Assembly: GCA_944359935.1 (NCBI GenBank)
Contig: CALVTD010000001.1
Coordinates: forward strand, 14,432-78,431
DNA length: 64,000 nucleotides
From: an uncultured Clostridia bacterium
GTDB taxonomy: Bacteria; Bacillota; Clostridia; Christensenellales; UBA1242
Direction: 5' to 3'
Of this stretch, positions 58,451-64,000 are shown piece after piece. The notes under the pieces were generated by a model. That model saw only the letters and a list, made by a program, of their open reading frames with translations. It had not been told where the DNA came from and ran no database searches. Every line of letters starts with the position of its first letter. Positions within the stretch are counted from its first letter, which is position 1. The translations under genes were made by a program, and so were the position numbers.

Positions 58451-59194
58451 ATGGTTGGATATTATTGTAGTGGTTTTGATGTTGAAAATGCTTTCGGTCA
58501 CGGACTTGGAGAGATGTTTAAAACAGAACTAAAAAACACAAGAAATATTGTGTATATTCCGGGTAGTCCAGATAAAATGGAAAAGGCAAGAACGAAATAT
58601 GTCCCTGCTTTTGTTGAGCATTTTAAAAAAGCTGGAATAGTATTTGATAATGTAAATATTATTTCGCCCGTATTGAGTAGTGATAAAGCAAAAGAAATGA
58701 TTAGAAAAGCAGATTTTGTTATGCTAATGGGTGGTGATCCTTTTAAACAAAAGGCGATGTGCGAAAAACTTGGCATTATGGACGAGCTAAAAAAATTTAA
58801 TGGTCTTATACTTGGTTTTAGTGCTGGCGCTATGCTTATGTCTAAATATATCATTATCACCCCTTGCAGTGAAGAATATCCTAATTTTAAAATTGAAGAA
58901 GGCTTAAATCTTGACGGAATATCAATCTATCCACATAATAATACAGCGGAAGAAAAGTATCCAGATGTTTTAGTCGCTGGTGATGAAACATATCGCAAAG
59001 AAGATTTGCTAAAAGTAGCAAAAAAATATGGAAAATTTTACTTGTTGCAAGATTACGATAACAAAGATATTAGCATAATAAAATTTACAGACGGAAAAAT
59101 GGAATTTTATACAGAAAACAATGGAAAGATTTGGGAAGCGGATAATGACGTTAACCTAATCGTAAACGAAAAACAAGAAGAAAGAATTAAATAG
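58451..59194 (+). CDS. Peptidase S51 (dipeptidase E / cyanophycinase-like) family protein
   Basis: VMLMGGDPFKQ, LILGFSAGAMLMS (nucleophile Ser), ISIYPHNN (His); AAAGGAG RBS before MVGYY. Confidence 0.68.
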   Translation: MVGYYCSGFDVENAFGHGLGEMFKTELKNTRNIVYIPGSPDKMEKARTKYVPAFVEHFKKAGIVFDNVNIISPVLSSDKAKEMIRKADFVMLMGGDPFKQKAMCEKLGIMDELKKFNGLILGFSAGAMLMSKYIIITPCSEEYPNFKIEEGLNLDGISIYPHNNTAEEKYPDVLVAGDETYRKEDLLKVAKKYGKFYLLQDYDNKDISIIKFTDGKMEFYTENNGKIWEADNDVNLIVNEKQEERIK

Positions 59195-59316
59195 TTCCTC
59201 TACTTATATAACCAACGCTTTCCCAAAATCGTAAGGGTATTTTTGCCCATTTTTACAAAAAAAAGTTTAAAAATTTTTACACAACAAAAAAGAAGCAAGC
59301 AAAAACAAAAAGCATT

Positions 59317-59523
59317 GTGAAGGCCCGCTGCAACTATCCTAGCACATTTTCAATGACGAGTACCATAAAGATTGAATTCTTAGATGAGCCAAACATACGA
59401 ACATCAGGAACATTTAGGGCTGCAAACGCATTTGGTGTTTACGAGAACCGAAGCTTTATTATAAATTTTAAGTATAATTCTTCTTCCGAGTCTTTTACAT
59501 TAGTGAAGTGCACTATTATTTAA
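59317..59523 (+). CDS. Doubtful hypothetical ORF (68 aa)
   Basis: GTG start, no RBS, no motif. It is listed only because it fills the space before the terminator copy. Confidence 0.15.
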   Translation: MKARCNYPSTFSMTSTIKIEFLDEPNIRTSGTFRAANAFGVYENRSFIINFKYNSSSESFTLVKCTII

Positions 59524-59545
59524 AATTTTTTATCTTAACTGACAT

Positions 59546-59580
59546 CACCAAAAAACCAGCCCTCGCGGCTGGCTTTTTTT
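59546..59580 (+). repeat. Third copy of the CACCA-plus-terminator segment (34 nt identical to 57897-57930); also acts as a bidirectional terminator
   Basis: CACCAAAAAACCAGCCCTCGCGGCTGGCTTTTTT; sequence diverges immediately on both sides. Confidence 0.85.
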
Positions 59581-60295
59581 ATCTTATTAAAAAACTGTCG
59601 TTAAACTTAATTTGGTTTTTTCCTATTCTTGGGCTGTACTCAACCCTAGGCGCTGGGAAATGCAAAAATTTATCGCTGTATAGCAGGTTGATAAACTCCA
59701 TCGCATGATATGGCCTTGGGGAAACAATTTTAGAGACATTGCAATAATCGTCAAAAAAGCAACGATGATTTTTATTTATCTCTAAAATTTTATGTGCTCT
59801 TGACTTGTCATATCTCGTTTTTGATGCTGACACATAATCTTTCTCGTTAAAAGTAATCAGGTTTATTCCCAAAGTAGTTGCCTCACCCATGATGTAAGCA
59901 TCATTTGAAGGAACATATTTACCAGTGGCTGCGCTGTATTCAATTTTCATTGGAGAAAGGCCACCATCATCATTAATTTCACAGTAACTGTAAGCCAATT
60001 TTTCAGCTTTTTTGGCATAGTTTAATTCGTTTGGAGTGATCAAAGGAATATAACATAACTCTTTAATAAAATCATCCACTATTTCGCTGTTGACTTGAGG
60101 ATTATGAACCTCGTTAAAAACAACACTTGGAACAATAAACCTAACCGCATACTTATTGCTCTTAACATCGTTCAAAAATTCAATAATCCTATCTTTCGTA
60201 TTCTGTGTAAGCGAAACTCCTCGTTCTTTACCATAGTAAATTTTGGCAAAGTTGATAAGCACATCCGAATCAATCGCAACATAAAGAGGTTTCAT
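59579..60295 (-). CDS. PIN-like domain protein with ~90-aa C-terminal extension (putative toxin)
   Basis: N-terminal YVAIDSDVLINF, then FNEV, SNDAYIMGEATTLG and ITFNEKDY supply acidic residues spaced as in PIN nucleases. ATGA overlap with the upstream small ORF. Confidence 0.5.
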   Translation of the reverse strand: MKPLYVAIDSDVLINFAKIYYGKERGVSLTQNTKDRIIEFLNDVKSNKYAVRFIVPSVVFNEVHNPQVNSEIVDDFIKELCYIPLITPNELNYAKKAEKLAYSYCEINDDGGLSPMKIEYSAATGKYVPSNDAYIMGEATTLGINLITFNEKDYVSASKTRYDKSRAHKILEINKNHRCFFDDYCNVSKIVSPRPYHAMEFINLLYSDKFLHFPAPRVEYSPRIGKNQIKFNDSFLIR

Positions 60296-60468
60296 TGCTC
60301 ACCCTCCTTTACATCTGGAAATTTAACCGCCACCTCATTCTCAATCGCAAAGGCCTCTGCCTCTTTAACCATTGCAACTAAACTTTCAAGCCTTTGTTGC
60401 TGCGACATCTTTGCCCGCTCTTTATGCATTTTTTCGCGAACTTTTTTAACATTTTCAATTTCTTGCAT
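60292..60468 (-). CDS. Small helical protein (58 aa), putative antitoxin or partner of the PIN-like protein
   Basis: Below the track cut-off. Hand translation gives MQEIENVKKVREKMHKERAKMSQQQRLESLVAMVKEAEAFAIENEVAVKFPDVKEGEQ. GGGGGAG RBS. Confidence 0.45.
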   Translation of the reverse strand: MQEIENVKKVREKMHKERAKMSQQQRLESLVAMVKEAEAFAIENEVAVKFPDVKEGEQ

Positions 60469-60488
60469 AACTCCCCCTTACAATCTTT

Positions 60489-60516
60489 ATTTTACAACAA
60501 ATTGTTAAATTGTCAA
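60489..60516 (-). promoter_or_regulatory. Promoter of the two-gene PIN module with internal palindrome
   Basis: Minus strand TTGACA (60511-60516), 16 nt, TAAAAT (60489-60494). The spacer contains AACAATTTGTT. Confidence 0.45.
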
Positions 60517-60587
60517 CGAAATTTTTATATAAATGCTTTTATAAAATTCGACAATATGATAAACTATAATAGTAACAGGAGATAAAA

Positions 60588-61781
60588 ATGACGATAACAT
60601 TTGTAACTGATTGCTATTTTGACGAGAACAACGGAACAGGCATCTCTGCAAGAAGATTTACAGATATGCTTAGACAGCGCGGGCATGAAGTAAGAATTGT
60701 AACTATTGATGGAGAAGGGCGCACATTATATGGCGTGCCAAAGCGCTCTTTTGGCAAACTTTTTGACAAAATAATTATGGCAGAAGGTTTCGTGTTTGCA
60801 GACCCAGACGAGGAAATTTTAAGAAAAGCCATCACTGGCAGCGACATTGTGCATATTTACATGCCATTTAAACTTGGCATAACCGCAGCAAAACTGTGCC
60901 GCGAACTCAATGTTCCATGCACAGCAGCGTTTCATGTAGACCCATGCAACATCACCTCAACAATTTACATGCACAAAATAAAGCCATTAAATGACGCAAT
61001 TTATCTTTCTTTTTACAACAACCTGTATAGATACATCAAACATATCCACTGTCCTAGCATGATGATTGCAAACAGGCTTGTAAAACAAAAATATAACTCA
61101 TACTTACATGTAATTTCAAACGGCTATTCCCAAAACTTTACAATGGCGGAGGTTGAAAAACCAACCTTTTTGAACGACAAAATTATCGTGTCATTCATTG
61201 GCAGATTTTCACAGGAAAAGCGCCACGACCTTATCATTAAAGCGGTGGCAAGGTCCAAATATAAAGACAAAATTCAGTTAACATTCGGTGGAAAAGGTCC
61301 ATTAAAGAAAAAAATTCAAAAAATGGCAACCAAACTGCCAATTGCCCCAATATTCGGCTTTTACACAAAAGAGCAACTGCATTCAATCCACAATTTCACC
61401 GACATTTACATTCACCCAGCCGACACTGAAATTGAAGGCATAAGTTGCATTGAGGCAATCGCCTGCGGAGTTGTGCCAATAGTTTCCAAATCAGTTCGCT
61501 CTGCCACCCCACAGTTTACAATCTGCGAAGAATCATTGTTCAAACCTGGCGACTACAAAGATTTGGCGGCAAAACTTGACTGGTGGATTGAACACCCAGA
61601 AGAACGCCTAAAATACAAAACCGAATATGTAGAACATTCCAAAAACTTCCAAATTGAAAGAAGCATCGACCTTATCATTGACATGTTCAATCAAGCCATC
61701 GCTGACTGGGATGCAAAATATGATGGCAAAAAGAAACAAAAAGCCATCGCTCCAACAATCGTATCAAACACAAATAATTAA
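60588..61781 (+). CDS. Glycosyltransferase family 4 (diacylglycerol glycosyltransferase-like)
   Basis: N-terminal FVTDCYFDENNGTGISARRF, C-terminal EX7E (EIEGISCIEAIACGVVPIVS). Confidence 0.8.
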   Translation: MTITFVTDCYFDENNGTGISARRFTDMLRQRGHEVRIVTIDGEGRTLYGVPKRSFGKLFDKIIMAEGFVFADPDEEILRKAITGSDIVHIYMPFKLGITAAKLCRELNVPCTAAFHVDPCNITSTIYMHKIKPLNDAIYLSFYNNLYRYIKHIHCPSMMIANRLVKQKYNSYLHVISNGYSQNFTMAEVEKPTFLNDKIIVSFIGRFSQEKRHDLIIKAVARSKYKDKIQLTFGGKGPLKKKIQKMATKLPIAPIFGFYTKEQLHSIHNFTDIYIHPADTEIEGISCIEAIACGVVPIVSKSVRSATPQFTICEESLFKPGDYKDLAAKLDWWIEHPEERLKYKTEYVEHSKNFQIERSIDLIIDMFNQAIADWDAKYDGKKKQKAIAPTIVSNTNN

Positions 61782-61782
61782 A

Positions 61783-61812
61783 AAATCTAGTGCGTTTGCA
61801 CTAGATTTTTTT
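61783..61812 (+). terminator. Terminator of the GT4 gene
   Basis: ATCTAGTGC-GTTT-GCACTAGAT hairpin plus T-run. Confidence 0.65.
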
Positions 61813-61890
61813 CACTTGCCAATTCTACTTCTTTTTTATCTTTTGTAACACAAAAAAGGAAAAAAGCTCAAAACCTTTTTTCCTTTTCGC

Positions 61891-63378
61891 TTATACATAA
61901 ACAAATTCAACTTTTCCATTAAGCCAACTGTCGAAAAACTTTTCTAAGTTTCTGCCCGCTTTTGATGAAAAATATGCAATAAATTCACTGGAACTAACAT
62001 TTTGATATGCAAATTCTTTATAATATCCCTTTAAAGTTGAAAGCAGTTTTTTATCGCCAATTTCACTTCTAAGTGTGTCAAACAACAGTATCCCGCGCGT
62101 GTAGATGTTGTTAACATATTCCGGTTCAGTGCTAAACTCGTTCAAAGCGCGCAACATGCTGCTATCCACTTCGCCTTGAATTTTATCATAAATCTGTAAA
62201 AAGAATTTATAGTTCTCCTCCGCCCCGCTTATAATTTGATTGTAAGAAATGTTGTATTCAGTATAGTTCTCAAAAAACAGCGCGGTGGAAAATTCGGTTA
62301 AACTCTCATCCAGCCATGCCTCGTGATATTCATCATTGCCCACAACGCCATACCACCACTGATGCGCAATTTCATGAGCGATAACATAGTCATAATCCAC
62401 GCCTGACACTGTGTCAGCAATCATCACAAGCCGTGGATACTCCATACCACCATGCACAAAATTGGTTTGCACCACTGCCAGTGAAGAATAGGGATACTCA
62501 CCAAAACTCTTCCCATAAAACTGCACCGCTTTCACTGCAGTGCCAAGCGAGCCCTGTGGGTCGGCGTCATCATAATAGTAGTAATCTATTTGGCAATCAC
62601 CACTCTTTGCCGAAACAACATTAAAATTTTGTGAAAGCACAAAACTTACATCGCGCACATTGTTGGCATTAAAAGTGGTGGTAAGATATTGCCCATTTTC
62701 GCCGGTTTTTAAATTGTCGCCAGAGCAGGCAATTTTGAAATTTTTTGGATAACTCACCGTAACCGAATAATTTGCCACATTTGAATAAAACGGGTCGCCA
62801 TTTGCGATGTAGCCTTCATCCATAAAACCCTCGCCTTCCTCATACACACAGGCGATTGGATAAAAATTTCCAAAATTTACTGCGTTATCGCCATAGCCAA
62901 ACCTATGATTTGCATTCGGCAAAATCAGCACAAAATCAATTTCAATTTTAACGCGCTCATCTGGAAACAACTGCTGCAACAACTTCACATTCAGCAGCAT
63001 GCCTGCCTCGCCCTCAACTGAATACTCCGCTTCACTGCCGCCCACTTTTACACTGGTTATTTCAATTCCTCCATAACTTTTGCCGTTTGGATAGGTTTTC
63101 GCCTCATTGGATGTGGAGCACACAAGCCCTTCACCCTCCTGAGAAAACGCGTTGGGATAAAGGTGAAACAACACACTGTCAAAGGCATTGTTTGAGGTGT
63201 TTACATAGTCCACCGCGCACGCGCCCTGAGCGCTTTTGGTTTCATCGTCATATGTGAGCACAAGTGCATATGAATTAAGCGCCTGCTCCTCGCCACAGCC
63301 CGACAAAAAAAGCGCCGGTGAAATTAACACTAAACACAACAAAAGCCACAATTTTTTCATGCTATAACATATTCGCAA
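61891..63378 (-). CDS. M1-family zinc metallopeptidase, lipoprotein
   Basis: Lipobox LFLSGC; HEIAHQWWYGVVGNDEYHEAWLDE (HEXXH-X18-E). Confidence 0.85.
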   Translation of the reverse strand: MRICYSMKKLWLLLCLVLISPALFLSGCGEEQALNSYALVLTYDDETKSAQGACAVDYVNTSNNAFDSVLFHLYPNAFSQEGEGLVCSTSNEAKTYPNGKSYGGIEITSVKVGGSEAEYSVEGEAGMLLNVKLLQQLFPDERVKIEIDFVLILPNANHRFGYGDNAVNFGNFYPIACVYEEGEGFMDEGYIANGDPFYSNVANYSVTVSYPKNFKIACSGDNLKTGENGQYLTTTFNANNVRDVSFVLSQNFNVVSAKSGDCQIDYYYYDDADPQGSLGTAVKAVQFYGKSFGEYPYSSLAVVQTNFVHGGMEYPRLVMIADTVSGVDYDYVIAHEIAHQWWYGVVGNDEYHEAWLDESLTEFSTALFFENYTEYNISYNQIISGAEENYKFFLQIYDKIQGEVDSSMLRALNEFSTEPEYVNNIYTRGILLFDTLRSEIGDKKLLSTLKGYYKEFAYQNVSSSEFIAYFSSKAGRNLEKFFDSWLNGKVEFVYV

Positions 63379-63441
63379 CTAATAAATAAAATTCTTTGAC
63401 AAATTAAATTTTTGTGATAAAATCTTTTTAACGGAGTTAAT

Positions 63442-64000
63442 ATGAGTTTTTGTAGATTTTCAACCGAATTAGTGGCAAACAACAAAACCGAAATCGACAA
63501 CATTTTTATCGATAATTTTTTGCCATCCGCGCCTGACATGTGCGTGAAAGTATACCTGTATGGGCTTTACCTTGCCACCAACGACAACGAAATGGAAAAC
63601 ACCTTTGCCTCTTTCGCAAAAAAACTGAACATCAGTGAACTTGACCTTGAAAGTGCGTTTAGATATTGGGAAGAGCAAGGGCTTGTGCAAGTGCTTTCCA
63701 CCTATCCTATTCAGGTGCTGTATAAACCTTTAAAGGATGTCATCAACGGCACAAGATTGTATAAGCCAGAAAAATATGAAAAATTCAACACCCAAGCGCA
63801 AGAACTTTTTAAAGGCATGCGTGAAATCACCAAAACTGAGTATGGCGAGTATTACGACTTTCTTGAAAAAAGCCACATGCAGCAAGAGGCGCTTTTGATG
63901 ATAATGGGCTATTGTATTGAAAGCAAGAAAAAAGCAGTTGGCTATAACTACATCCTCACCGTTGCAAAAAATTGGGCAAAAGAAGGCATATTAACCGCTC
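63442..64000 (+). CDS. DnaD-domain replication initiation/primosome protein (DnaB/DnaD-like), partial; continues beyond the window
   Basis: MSFCRFSTELVANNKTEIDNIFIDNFLP..VKVYLYGLY and YNYILTVAKNWAKEGILT (DnaD-domain motif). Confidence 0.7.
   Translation, partial: MSFCRFSTELVANNKTEIDNIFIDNFLPSAPDMCVKVYLYGLYLATNDNEMENTFASFAKKLNISELDLESAFRYWEEQGLVQVLSTYPIQVLYKPLKDVINGTRLYKPEKYEKFNTQAQELFKGMREITKTEYGEYYDFLEKSHMQQEALLMIMGYCIESKKKAVGYNYILTVAKNWAKEGILTA

Larger units (their letters stand above)
57712..59545 (+). mobile_element. Putative decayed, integrase-less integrative islet at the tRNA-Lys 3-prime end
   Basis: Bounded by repeated tRNA 3-prime end and terminator copies. Contains two GC-rich ~185-nt units, AT-rich repeat-laden spacer, an S51 peptidase gene and a doubtful 68-aa ORF. 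No recombinase gene. Confidence 0.4.

Overview
This 64-kb window comes from a low-GC Firmicute, probably Clostridia-like: it has the spore protease gpr, a T-box leader and a long Bacillus-type SRP RNA. All calls rest on reading the sequence and on motif memory. No database or HMM search was possible.

Most of the window is conserved housekeeping:
- a type IIA topoisomerase B/A pair, murG, groES-groEL, murI, and gpr divergent from rpsT
- rlmH, tadA, pepF, a RluA-family synthase, and type-2 ileS behind an Ile T-box
- SRP RNA, nifS-nifU, trxA, comM-dprA-topA-(TrmFO-like)-hslV-hslU
- rplS, the ylxM-ffh-rpsP-KH-rimM-trmD-rbgA-yraN block, lepA-hemW, rsmD, tRNA-Lys(CTT), an M1 lipoprotein peptidase and a dnaD-like gene

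Two accessory regions stand out.
1. 13.3-20.8 kb is a compact one-strand operon of phage head and neck genes: TerS-like fragment, Cys4 protein, portal, scaffold, HK97-type capsid and four unknown proteins, followed by two holins. It has no large terminase, tail, endolysin, integrase or replication genes, and it sits between housekeeping genes. This is my best candidate for an unusual system: a capsid-encoding satellite, a domesticated particle, or a very clean prophage remnant.
2. 57.2-60.5 kb is a tRNA-Lys hotspot. It holds an Arc-like RHH gene, two tandem GC-rich ~185-nt units that each end in a copy of the tRNA 3-prime end, a 34-nt direct repeat bounding an integrase-less islet with an S51 peptidase, and a PIN-like two-gene toxin-antitoxin-like module.

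Singletons worth a look:
- a HEPN(RX4H)-CBS fusion
- a Cys/Pro-rich 65-aa membrane-anchored peptide
- an ABC-type ATPase with its catalytic residues replaced
- a GC-rich palindromic element
- a 91-bp nested-hairpin element next to the SRP RNA
- two apparently leaderless membrane-protein genes
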